A DNA stretch of 64,000 nt from contig JAYTTZ010000113.1 in NCBI GenBank assembly GCA_043744805.1, forward strand, positions 8,082-72,081, read 5' to 3'. Below are positions 29,936-38,640 of this stretch, one piece after another. The notes below the pieces were generated by a model that ran no database searches, was not told the DNA's origin, and was given only the letters and a program-made list of their open reading frames with translations. The translations under genes were made by a program, and so were the position numbers. This DNA comes from Gammaproteobacteria bacterium. Lineage in GTDB: Bacteria > Pseudomonadota > Gammaproteobacteria > Ga0077536. Within the stretch, counting starts at the first letter, position 1; each line of letters opens with the position of its first letter.

Positions 29936-30781
29936 ATGGACCTGGAGATCTGCCACGACAGTGGCGTTGAATGGGGTATCACCGACCAGATCGGCCGCAT
30001 CGTGCTCAGCCGTCCCGAAGCGGCGAATTCGATAGGCCTTGCCCAGAGCAAGGCCTTGCCCAAGGCCTTCGACGCGATCGTGGAGGCTGCTCCCCGGGTC
30101 ATCGTCCTCTCCGCGCGGGGATCGATTTTCTGCGGCGGTGGCGACATCAGGAGCATGGTCGCGGCGGCCGACGCCCTGGCGCCCTATATCGAAAGCACCC
30201 TGGAACCCTTGTTGAGCGGATTTGCCAGGCTGGCCACGGCCCCGTGCCCGATCGTGGCGGTCGTCAATGGGCCGATTGGTGGCGCGGGCATCGGTCTCGC
30301 GCTGGTGGCGGATTTCGTGCTCGCGAGTCCCGCGATGAAGCTGCGGGCCGGTTATCCGGCCATCGGGCTTTCGCCAGATGTCGGCGCTTCGTATTTCCTG
30401 GCGAGACGCGTGGGCGCCATCAAGGCCCAGCGCTGGTTGATGACCAACGCCCTGATCACCGCCGAAGAGTGCTTGGCCGCCGGTGCGGTAGACGAATTGC
30501 ACCCAGCGGATGAACTCGACGGGCGCGCGGAAGCCCTGGTGATGCAGTTGCGGCAGGCAGCGCCGGCGTCGATGCAAGCCATCAAGCAGCTTTGCACGCA
30601 AGCCGGACGACTGGACGCAGTAGCCCACATCGCGCTCGAGGGGCAGTTGCTCTCGGCGTGTGCAGCGACGGCTGATGCGGTCGAAGGCGTGCGGGCTTTC
30701 ATCGAGAAACGCGCGGCGGTGTTTAGCGGCAAGGGTGGCGACTGGCGACACCCTCTCCGCGGCCCGCGTGGATTACCGTAA
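29936..30781 (+). CDS. Enoyl-CoA hydratase/isomerase family protein
   Basis: Crotonase motifs FCGGGDI, VAVVNGPIGGAGIGLAL and EGVRAFIEKR. Confidence 0.8.
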   Translation: MDLEICHDSGVEWGITDQIGRIVLSRPEAANSIGLAQSKALPKAFDAIVEAAPRVIVLSARGSIFCGGGDIRSMVAAADALAPYIESTLEPLLSGFARLATAPCPIVAVVNGPIGGAGIGLALVADFVLASPAMKLRAGYPAIGLSPDVGASYFLARRVGAIKAQRWLMTNALITAEECLAAGAVDELHPADELDGRAEALVMQLRQAAPASMQAIKQLCTQAGRLDAVAHIALEGQLLSACAATADAVEGVRAFIEKRAAVFSGKGGDWRHPLRGPRGLP

Positions 30782-30784
30782 GGC

Positions 30785-32036
30785 TCAGGCCGCCCGGTAC
30801 TCCTCCAGCGGCGGCTCGCCCAGGGCGGCGCGGTAGCTGTTATGGAAGTGATGCAGCGCCGGCTCGCAGCGACCGAACACGAAGTTATCGATCTTGCCGC
30901 TTGAAGCCGCGATCTGCGTCTTCTCGGCCATCAGGTAGTCTTCGTGCTCGACCGTGCTCATGAAGAGTTCGATCACCGCCGTTTCATCGAACTCCATCCT
31001 GGCCGAGGTGTCCGGCTTGTAGACGTTGTCCGCGCTGACGGCGGCGGCCTTGACGTCGTTGCCGGCTTTGTCCTTCACGTGAGGCATCGCGAAGATCGAC
31101 ATGCGGCTGATCGAACGCGCGCAGTCCTTGCGATCCGGATAGATTCTCACCAGCACCGCCATACCCCCTACGAACACGATCTGGATGTTGGGGAACAGGT
31201 AATAGGCGGCAATCGACGCATAGGCGAAGTTCCACTCCGATTCCGGCAGTTGGCGCATGGCATCGATGTAGCGGCTGGCGGTGCAGATGCGGTGGTTGCG
31301 GCCGTACTCGTGGTAGGTCGCGTAGTCGCTGTGCGCGAGCTTGGCGAGCGTTTCCCTGTGCAGGGTACTGAAGTGGTAGTTTTCCCCGAAAGTGTCGTTG
31401 GCCAGCTTCCAGTTGAGGGCCTTCTCGATGGCCGATTCACCCTTGAACTCACATTTTTCGAACTCCCAGCTCGCGAATTCATCGGCAAGTTCGGGCCCAA
31501 GCAGGCCGTCGATGTCCACCACCCCGTCGAGCTGCGGGTGGACGACGAGGAAGCCGTACTTCTCCTGCGATGGCAGTTCGACCAGGTTGTGGCAGGCCTT
31601 GTCGATCTCGCCGAACATCTCGCGCTTGCGGATCCCCATCAGGCGGCCATCGGGCGCGTAGGTCCAGGCGTGGAAAGGGCAAACGAAGCGGCTCTTCTCG
31701 CCGCGACCTTCCTCCGCCAGTTGCGCCCCCCGGTGGCGGCAGGCGTTGATGAAGGCATGGAATTTCCCGTCCTTGTCGCGGGTGGCGAGGATGGGCATGC
31801 CGAGGTCGGAATTGGTGAAGTAGCTCCCGGGCTTGGCCAACTCCGGCGACAGTCCTATGACCTGCGGGTGCTGTTCGAAGAAAGCCTTCCACTCGCGCGC
31901 ACCGCGCGCCTGATCGGTGTAGGAGGTGGTCGGGTTAATCACCATCCGGCCCGCATCGCAGGTGGTCTTGGTGTCCATCTGGTGGATCAGTTCTTTCACA
32001 ATCCGGATTTGTTCGGCGTGCTTCATCGGGTCTCTC
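30785..32036 (-). CDS. Rieske [2Fe-2S] aromatic-ring-hydroxylating oxygenase, alpha subunit
   Basis: ATG at 32034-32036 with the upstream RBS GAGAGGAGAGA. Rieske motif CRHRG...CPFHAW. Mononuclear-iron region NYHFSTLH. The upstream 120 codons of the track ORF are rejected. Confidence 0.85.
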
Positions 32037-32745
32037 CTCTCTGAAGCAACGTGCTGCTTCTTGTTCTTGCCGGGCGCGCCGTGTTGGCGGCGAGCCTGGA
32101 AATCTTGCGTGCCAGTTGCTGGCGGAAGGTCTCGACGGCATCGGCCGCGAGGGCGATATAGAGGTCGATCAATGCAGTGCTGCGGAATTCGTGGAGGTCG
32201 CAATGACCGAAGGCCCAGGCGCGGCAGCCAGTGCGATAACTGCGCATGATGAGTTCGCCCATGTGGGACGCCGGGATGCGGCCGTGCATCAAGCGTGCGG
32301 CGAGGCAGGCTTGGATGCCTTCGATCGCCAGCGCCTCGGCCCATGCAAAGATGCGGGTGGCGTCCTCGTGGTGTTGGCGGCCTTGCTCTAGCCATTCGAC
32401 CGCGAGGAAGGCCGATCGATAGAAACCCTCGTCCTCGGCGAAAAGCGCTGTTGACTGCTCTACCAGCCCGGCCACCTGGGCCAGCGGCTCGTTGTCGCGG
32501 ACGCCGTGCATCCGGGCCTCGATTTCGGTGACGACGTCCGCACCCAGCGCGAGCAGCACTGCTTCCTTGTTACCGATCAGGTTATAGATCGTCGGCACGG
32601 TGACTTCCGCGAGGCGCGCGAGTTCGCGCAGGCTCAGGGCCTCAAAGCCGCCGTGGCCAAGCAAGCCGCGTGCTTCCGCCAGGATGCGGGCGCGGCGTTT
32701 GCGCATGTTGCGGACAAGGAGGGTGTCGCTGGCTGTGTTCATCAT
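32023..32745 (-). CDS. TetR-family transcriptional regulator
   Basis: N-terminal HTH FEALSLRELARLAEVTVPTIYNLIGNKE. Its 3' end overlaps the Rieske gene start by 14 nt. Confidence 0.85.
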   Translation of the reverse strand: MMNTASDTLLVRNMRKRRARILAEARGLLGHGGFEALSLRELARLAEVTVPTIYNLIGNKEAVLLALGADVVTEIEARMHGVRDNEPLAQVAGLVEQSTALFAEDEGFYRSAFLAVEWLEQGRQHHEDATRIFAWAEALAIEGIQACLAARLMHGRIPASHMGELIMRSYRTGCRAWAFGHCDLHEFRSTALIDLYIALAADAVETFRQQLARKISRLAANTARPARTRSSTLLQRGETR

Positions 32746-32762
32746 GCCGAGTTTTTCACGGC

Positions 32763-32805
32763 GTTAAAAAAACAACAAGCGGCTGGTTATAGGGGCTTTT
32801 TTAAC
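32763..32805. promoter_or_regulatory. AT-rich inverted repeat upstream of the TetR gene (possible operator)
   Basis: GTTAAAAAA (32763-32771) and TTTTTTAAC (32797-32805) are a perfect 9-bp inverted repeat separated by 25 nt, 18-60 nt upstream of the tetR-family start. Confidence 0.3.
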
Positions 32806-33430
32806 TGCAACGCAGCAAAAGAACTTACTGTCCTGCGAGAGGATTCCAACAGGGGACCACGCGATGGACTTCGCGACGCAACGAGACGGCGCCATCACTG
32901 ACCTACTGTAGCCGCTGGCTGTGGTGGGAAGTCGCGGCCTCAAGCAGAGATCGCCATTGTCCCCCGGAGCGAAAACATGCGGGAGGCTCGCGCGACATTA
33001 ACGGTAGGCAGCAGCTTACTTGCGAGGCAAGCCCGGAATCCCGGGCGCGCGCCGACGCGGCGCGGGCAGGTCGCCTGAGGCGCCTCATACCTGTCAGGGC
33101 ACGACATGAAACCCTTTTGCACCCCCAGGGATCCTCATCAAGGGGAGTAGCAAGGGGGCTCTGGACAGCCACATGCGGATGCAGTGCCTTGAGCCTCGTC
33201 AGGCGCAGATCCCTGGACGGTTGACGCAGGCCGGACCGCACACCCTGGGAGAAGTGTTGACGCAGCTTTTGGACTCGTTCAACTGGCCGGATCAACTGCG
33301 TCAGAAGCTATCGTCCAGGCTAATTGCGAAGTGCGGCGCACGTCGTGCCGAGTCCGAAAACTGCAGCCGGTAACGGCACATGCGCGTGCTACGATTCAGC
33401 GCATTCCAGGTCTGTTTGCGAGGAGACGTT

Positions 33431-34426
33431 ATGACTGAAACGCACGATCCGTTGTTATGGAAATGCCCGGTGTGCGACCGTCAGGGCGTTGGCAGGAAGG
33501 TCGGCAGCGTTGATTGGTACACCCCGATGCCAGGGGTTTCCCACTACGACATCCGTAAGTGTGAACACTGCCTGGTGGAATTCTCTGACCCCATCCCCTC
33601 TGACGAGGTTCTGGCCGAATACTACGGTGATTACAAACCCACGCAATTGTCGGAAGACGATTCAAGGTTTCAGTACCTTCTTGAATTGCAAGACCCGCTG
33701 GTGGATTACCTGAGCAGCGTCCTGGACGGGTGGCAGTACACCCCGCCCAGATTCCTTGATTACGGCTTCGGCGCAGGTTCGTTCATGCTCCGGATTGCGC
33801 AGCGCAAGTACGACATCTCCGGAATCGATTACGGCAACCAGGCCATCACGCAGTTCTCGAATTTCGCCAGCCGACAGGGCCTTGAAATCAAGCTCTACGA
33901 TTTCTTGAACAACGGCCTGAAGCAGTTGGCCGGCCAGCGCTTCAACTGCATCACTTTGTTTCAGGTGATTGAGCACCTGCAGTCGCCCGTCAGCGTTCTC
34001 AAGGAACTGCGCACCTTGCAGGAGCCAGGTGATTACATCTACATCGAATGCCCCAACCAGGATGGCTGGTTTTTCAAGCTCAAGAACCTCATTCGCCCGC
34101 TAATTGCACGACAGTTCATGTGGGGTTCCGTAAGTCCGCCGCAGCACCTGTTCGGCTTCAACCGGAAGTCGCTGTCCACGGCGCTGGAAAAAGCCGGGTA
34201 TGAAGTCTGTGAAGTTGGGGACTACGGCATGGGCGATCCCTTACACGCGCCGGAAACCCAGAACTGGTATCCAAGCGTCGGCCGCTGGTGGCGAGAACCC
34301 CGCCGGCATAATTTCTACGGCACGGCCAAAATGCTCATCCGGCTGCTCGAATTTCCGGCGACGCGCCTCTTTGGCGCAGGCGGGGGATTGTTTGCGCTAG
34401 CCCGGGCAACGCAGGCAAAGGGTTGA
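33431..34426 (+). CDS. Class I SAM-dependent methyltransferase with an N-terminal Cys4 zinc-ribbon
   Basis: ATG at 33431 after AGGAGA. CPVC...CEHC ribbon. SAM motif I FLDYGFGAGSF. VIEHLQSP is typical of the Methyltransf_23-type family. Codon usage is visibly less GC3-biased than in the neighbours. Confidence 0.75.
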   Translation: MTETHDPLLWKCPVCDRQGVGRKVGSVDWYTPMPGVSHYDIRKCEHCLVEFSDPIPSDEVLAEYYGDYKPTQLSEDDSRFQYLLELQDPLVDYLSSVLDGWQYTPPRFLDYGFGAGSFMLRIAQRKYDISGIDYGNQAITQFSNFASRQGLEIKLYDFLNNGLKQLAGQRFNCITLFQVIEHLQSPVSVLKELRTLQEPGDYIYIECPNQDGWFFKLKNLIRPLIARQFMWGSVSPPQHLFGFNRKSLSTALEKAGYEVCEVGDYGMGDPLHAPETQNWYPSVGRWWREPRRHNFYGTAKMLIRLLEFPATRLFGAGGGLFALARATQAKG

Positions 34427-34435
34427 TCCAGGGGA

Positions 34436-34872
34436 TCAGCAGTGGTTTACATCCGGGTGCCGCCGTGCATCCGCGATGCCCAACTTACGCTCCGCGACCA
34501 CCCCCCTTGTGGATTCACGAACACGCGATAGGTCATCTTGATTTTCACAGGCGGCCACGTAATCCCCGTTGGCCTGCCGGGTTGCCGTCTGTACCTGCCC
34601 GCACGGCAGGCCGAGCAGCATGCTGACCGTGGTGAGATCCTTGGGCAGCGGTGGCACTGCTGCCGCCCCCACTGTGGTGATGCCTGGCAGGCTGGTGAAA
34701 AAGGACTGCGGCGGCCGTCTGCGGCGTTGCGTATCCGCCTGCGGTGCTCATTGACCCGCTTGTAAACGGCGCTCCTCGGCGTACACGCGCCTTGCAGCCA
34801 ACCCCCTCGCTACGTTTTTCACCAGCCTGCTAATGCGCTCAGGACGCACGCGGCGAGAAATTTTTTACTCAT
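34436..34872 (-). pseudogene. Probable disrupted gene for a small secreted Cys-containing protein
   Basis: ATG at 34870-34872 after AGGGAAG gives the signal peptide MSKKFLAACVLSALAGW, then TGA (34819-34821) at an A5 run. The +1 frame continues, has one in-frame TGA, and then gives a protein-like stretch (SFFTSLPGITTVGAAAVPPLPKDLTTVSMLLGLPCGQVQ...ACENQDDL...) up to the stop at 34436. Confidence 0.35.
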
Positions 34873-35559
34873 GCGCGGCATCGGCATCTTCCCTGGGTTA
34901 GCTCGAAGCATGGAACTTTACCGGGTCCGTGAGGACGCCCCAGATCGCTTCACGTGAATCTGCAACGGTGTGGGCCGGGGCGGGATCGTCGTCCTGCACA
35001 AGCGCGAGCACTTTACGGAGCAGTGGGTCGCAGGACGGACTTCAGGTCAGCAACAGTCGCGGGTCTTTCCCAAGCTGCACAGCCGGCGAACAGCGGTAGC
35101 ACGAGCATCACTGCGATGCGCCGTGAGTGGGCGATGCGTTGGACTTCGGGCGGGATGGTGACCATGGCCCGTACTCTCGTTGAATCGGCTGCCCTTGTCC
35201 GTGGGGCGGGCAACCTTGCGGACTAGTCGCCACCTGGACCTGCGGATGTCGGATCCCCATCGCCCACGGTGTCCATCCGGGTTTTGATTTCCGGAGTCCA
35301 GATCATTCAGCACGGGCGAGCCAGCTTGCCGACAGACGCCGCGACGACGCTGGCAAAACTTCCCCACGCCATGTCGATGAGCGACACGCTGAGTGGCCAT
35401 GCGTCGATGGTGTTCAGGGCCGCGGATGGTAGCGGAGACGATTTTGAGGTCGCCGCGGGACTTCATCTCGCAGCGAGGTCGGTTTTGAATTCATGGGCGG
35501 CGCTCCGGCCGCTGGAGATGTCGCGATGAGCGACATCGGATGGAGATCTGCCCCGGGGG

Positions 35560-35841
35560 TTATCCCCCCGCGATCCCCACCATGAAGAACACGGTTTCCC
35601 CGTCCGCGAGCCCATCCTCGAGGTACATCCGCGCGCCCTTCGAATTGAGGTAAAGCGTCCCACGATCGTTCAGCGCATTCGAGTTCTGATCCATCAGCAA
35701 GGCGGTCATGGCGGGGCCATATTTGCCGGTGATGGCCGCAGCAAGGGCCGCCATGGTGGGTTCAGACAGGTCGAAGTTTTCCTTCTCAACCTGCGTGATT
35801 TCCCGGAAGCGGCTCTGGTAGTGGGCAAGCACCGTAACCAT
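35560..35841 (-). CDS. MoaD/ThiS-family ubiquitin-like sulfur-carrier protein (C-terminal Gly-Gly)
   Basis: ATG at 35839-35841 lies 2 nt after the AOR stop. The 93-aa product ends ...FFMVGIAGG directly before the stop. Confidence 0.7.
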   Translation of the reverse strand: MVTVLAHYQSRFREITQVEKENFDLSEPTMAALAAAITGKYGPAMTALLMDQNSNALNDRGTLYLNSKGARMYLEDGLADGETVFFMVGIAGG

Positions 35842-35843
35842 GC

Positions 35844-37811
35844 CTAGGCCTTGGCGAGAGCGCCGTCGGCGGCAAGGACTTCGGCGACATCGCCGAGCCC
35901 CAGGGATTCGAGCCGGCTCGCGGTCTGCAGGCCTGACTTCTTCTCCCAGCCGCGCCATTCGTAGTACTCGTCGAGTACGGTTTCGAACATGTCTGCCGCG
36001 ACTTTGCCGGAGTACATGCCTTCCGGACAGGGTTCGAACATCCAGCGCTCGCAGACGGTGTCGTGCTCGCGGCGCAGGCCGAGTCGGGAGTTGAAAGCCT
36101 TCTCGAGGTTGCAGATGCGTTCGCCATCGCGCATGAGCTCCTCAGGCGTCCTGTCGATGCCGGTAACTTCGGCGAAGGCTCGACCGTAGTAATCCTCCGG
36201 GGTATAGCCGGCAGGGTCGAGCATCCAGTGGAAGAGGCACACACCGTAGGAATTGAGCAGCGCGACCTGGTTCTCCACGACGGCAGTACAAGCGCCCTTG
36301 AGGAAGGGCGTGCTCAGGTCCGCCGCCTCGGGACGCCCGAAGTATCGCATCGAGAGATCGCGCCGCTGGAATTTCTCCACCAACCCGATGCCCTTGAGGT
36401 GATCAGCGCCCCGCGACGCGACCGCCATGTTGTTCATCCAGGTGGGGAAGGGGCGCATTTCCTCCGTGAAGCTCGCGCCACCCTTGCCATACGTGGCGTA
36501 CTTCATGAAGTTCTCGCCGCGGAATCCGGAGTAGCGCAAGGCGCCGTAGTAGGGGCCGTCACAGAAAAACCGGCCGAATCGGTTGCGCTGGAAAACCATG
36601 TCCTTCATCAGTTCTTCCACGTCTTCCATGCAACCCCATTCGAGGCTCTGTCCGTCGCGGTCGAAGAGTTCGGCTTTCTGGTGCGCGGACAGCAGGCCGT
36701 GCTGCTCGAGTTCCATGATGAAACTGATGGAGGTAGAGAGGTCCTGGTTGTCGATGCCGTAGTCGTTGGTGACTTTCCCCCAATGCGCGACCTCCGCCCA
36801 GTCGCGCAAATCCAGCGCGCCAGCAGCGCTGGCGGTAGTGAGGTATTCCGGGCGGCGGAAGGTTTCGCCGACGTATTTTCTGGCCTTCTCGGATTCGGTA
36901 CCGTCGATCTTGTAGCGCCCGTCGCAGGCGATATAGCAGTCCGCCGAGCAGACCTCCGAATACTTGTGGTACTTCTTCACCCAGGTGTCCGAACGCACTT
37001 CGTCGCCGCGGAACATATTGCCCTGGTTGTTGCGCCAGAAGTGACTGCCGATGTGCTGGTACATTTCCACCGCACCCAGGGTGCCACGGCGTTTGAAGCC
37101 GTAAATGGCTTCGTTCTGGTCGATTTTCTGGCGAAAGTCCTTGGACCACGCGAGCATGCCGCGAGGGTTGGCGACCTTGACGCCGCCGCTGCCCTGCACG
37201 GTGATCGCCTTGAGGTTCTTGGAGCCGAGCACACAACCCCCGCCGCCACGGGCGTGGATGCGCGAGGCATCGGAGACGACCGAGGCGATCCCCACCTGGT
37301 TCTCGCCGGCCTGGCCGATGGTCAGGGTATGCGCCAGTGAGGGGTAGTTGCCGAGTGCCGCGACCAGCGTGTTGTGCGCCTCGGCGCTGTTCATCCCCCA
37401 CAGGTGCGCTGCGTCCCGGATCTCGACGTCACCATCGCAGATGTGGAGGTACACCGGCTTTGGCGCCTTGCCGGTAATCGCGATGTAGTCGAAGCCAGCG
37501 AAGCGGACCATGTAGGGAAATTTCCCGCCGGCGGCCGAGTCGCCAAAGATGCCGTAGCAGGGGCTCTTGAAGGTGATGCGGCCCTTGATGCCGCTGCCGG
37601 AGCCCGTGGCTGCCAGCGGGCCCACGCCGAACACGAAGATGTTGTCCGGGCCCCGTGGGTCGCAGTGCACGTCATGCGTGAGGAAGTGCTCCCACATGAT
37701 CCAGTTGTTGATGCCCGAGCCCCCGATCCAGCGTTCGAACATCGCATGAGGTACCACTTCGACCTTGCACTCGCCGGTCGTCAGATCCACGCGTAGCAGC
37801 CTGCTTTCCAT
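35844..37811 (-). CDS. Aldehyde:ferredoxin oxidoreductase (AOR) family tungsto/molybdopterin enzyme, catalytic subunit
   Basis: ATG at 37809-37811 after GGGGAGAGG. AOR N-domain (LLRVDLTTGECKVEVV...GGSGINNWIMW, GENQVGIASVVSD, ARGGGGCVLGSKNLKAI). Cys cluster CSADCYIAC. AOR-type C-terminus YYEWRGWEKKSG. The upstream 125 codons of the track ORF are rejected. Confidence 0.9.
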   Translation of the reverse strand: MESRLLRVDLTTGECKVEVVPHAMFERWIGGSGINNWIMWEHFLTHDVHCDPRGPDNIFVFGVGPLAATGSGSGIKGRITFKSPCYGIFGDSAAGGKFPYMVRFAGFDYIAITGKAPKPVYLHICDGDVEIRDAAHLWGMNSAEAHNTLVAALGNYPSLAHTLTIGQAGENQVGIASVVSDASRIHARGGGGCVLGSKNLKAITVQGSGGVKVANPRGMLAWSKDFRQKIDQNEAIYGFKRRGTLGAVEMYQHIGSHFWRNNQGNMFRGDEVRSDTWVKKYHKYSEVCSADCYIACDGRYKIDGTESEKARKYVGETFRRPEYLTTASAAGALDLRDWAEVAHWGKVTNDYGIDNQDLSTSISFIMELEQHGLLSAHQKAELFDRDGQSLEWGCMEDVEELMKDMVFQRNRFGRFFCDGPYYGALRYSGFRGENFMKYATYGKGGASFTEEMRPFPTWMNNMAVASRGADHLKGIGLVEKFQRRDLSMRYFGRPEAADLSTPFLKGACTAVVENQVALLNSYGVCLFHWMLDPAGYTPEDYYGRAFAEVTGIDRTPEELMRDGERICNLEKAFNSRLGLRREHDTVCERWMFEPCPEGMYSGKVAADMFETVLDEYYEWRGWEKKSGLQTASRLESLGLGDVAEVLAADGALAKA

Positions 37812-37891
37812 TGCCTCTCCCCTGGTTTTTTTGTCTGGCGCCGCTGCCAGGCCCGAAGCCTGCCGCGCAGCGCACCTAGAGACTGTCCCGC

Positions 37892-38542
37892 CTAGGCGGC
37901 GCTGCTGAGCGTGCCCGCTTCCAACATGGCCTGCATCATGCCCACTTCGTCCCTGCGCTCCGGCTTGCCCTGCAGGACGGTGCGATAGCCTGCGGTGTCC
38001 GTATGGAACAGCACCGGCGCGCGCACGTACTGCTTGCCAGCGTTGTTCATCTCGGGGCGCGTGGCGCAGGCGTCGACGCACGCCGGTTCGCCGCCACAGA
38101 GATCGCATTTCAGCAATTCGCCGTCGGGCGCGACAAAGACAACATCGAACGGACAAGCCGGTACGCACTCCATGCATTGGATGCATTTATCCTGGGCGAT
38201 CACCGCGACGTTGGTCTTGGGATCGTAGTAGAAGGCGTCCGCCGGGCAGACCTCGGCGCAGGGCGGCGGGTTGCCACAGTGGTGGCAGATGTCCGCGGCA
38301 AAGCCAAAGGGGTGTACGGCCTTGCGCCCCACCTGCGGCGAATGGTCGACCTTGAGCCGCGCGAGCAGCGGATTGACCATGCCATCCGGGGAATGCACCA
38401 GCGAGCAGGCAACCTCGCAGATGTTGCAATCCGTGCACTGGTTGGAGAGGGCGTAGAGCTTTTCCTCTACGTCGGGAATTTCCGCGCCCGGTGCATACCA
38501 CGTGGCGCCGGTAACGAGTTCCGCCTGAGGCGTTCGAGACAT
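37892..38542 (-). CDS. Four-cluster [4Fe-4S] polyferredoxin, electron-transfer subunit of the AOR module
   Basis: Four Cys motifs: CTDCNICEVAC, CHHCGNPPPCAEVCP, CIQCMECVPACP and CDLCGGEPACVDAC. Internal ATG at 38540-38542. Confidence 0.85.
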   Translation of the reverse strand: MSRTPQAELVTGATWYAPGAEIPDVEEKLYALSNQCTDCNICEVACSLVHSPDGMVNPLLARLKVDHSPQVGRKAVHPFGFAADICHHCGNPPPCAEVCPADAFYYDPKTNVAVIAQDKCIQCMECVPACPFDVVFVAPDGELLKCDLCGGEPACVDACATRPEMNNAGKQYVRAPVLFHTDTAGYRTVLQGKPERRDEVGMMQAMLEAGTLSSAA

Positions 38543-38606
38543 AATCCTGATGCTCCCCGCTGTCGATTCCACTCGTGTACGATGCCGGCGTTCATGGTGT
38601 CAAGCA

Positions 38607-38640
38607 CGGCCGCCTCAACGGCCGCCTCAAGGGAATTCCC
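38607..38640. repeat. Tandem 12-nt direct repeat plus a 10-bp palindrome in the AOR divergent control region
   Basis: CGGCCGCCTCAA occurs twice, perfect and head-to-tail (38607-38630). It is followed immediately by GGGAATTCCC (38631-38640). A minus-strand TTGACA hexamer lies at 38598-38603. Confidence 0.6.

Noticed and set aside
33173-33373. A 66-aa ORF (MRMQCLEPRQ...LGEVLTQLLDSFNWPDQLRQKL...) just upstream of the methyltransferase. Also the antisense 130-aa ORF 32903-33295 and the ORF 35269-35529.
   Set aside because: No RBS, no recognisable family, and the frames overlap each other. The GC3 bias of the 66-aa frame is suggestive but insufficient. All three are left unannotated.
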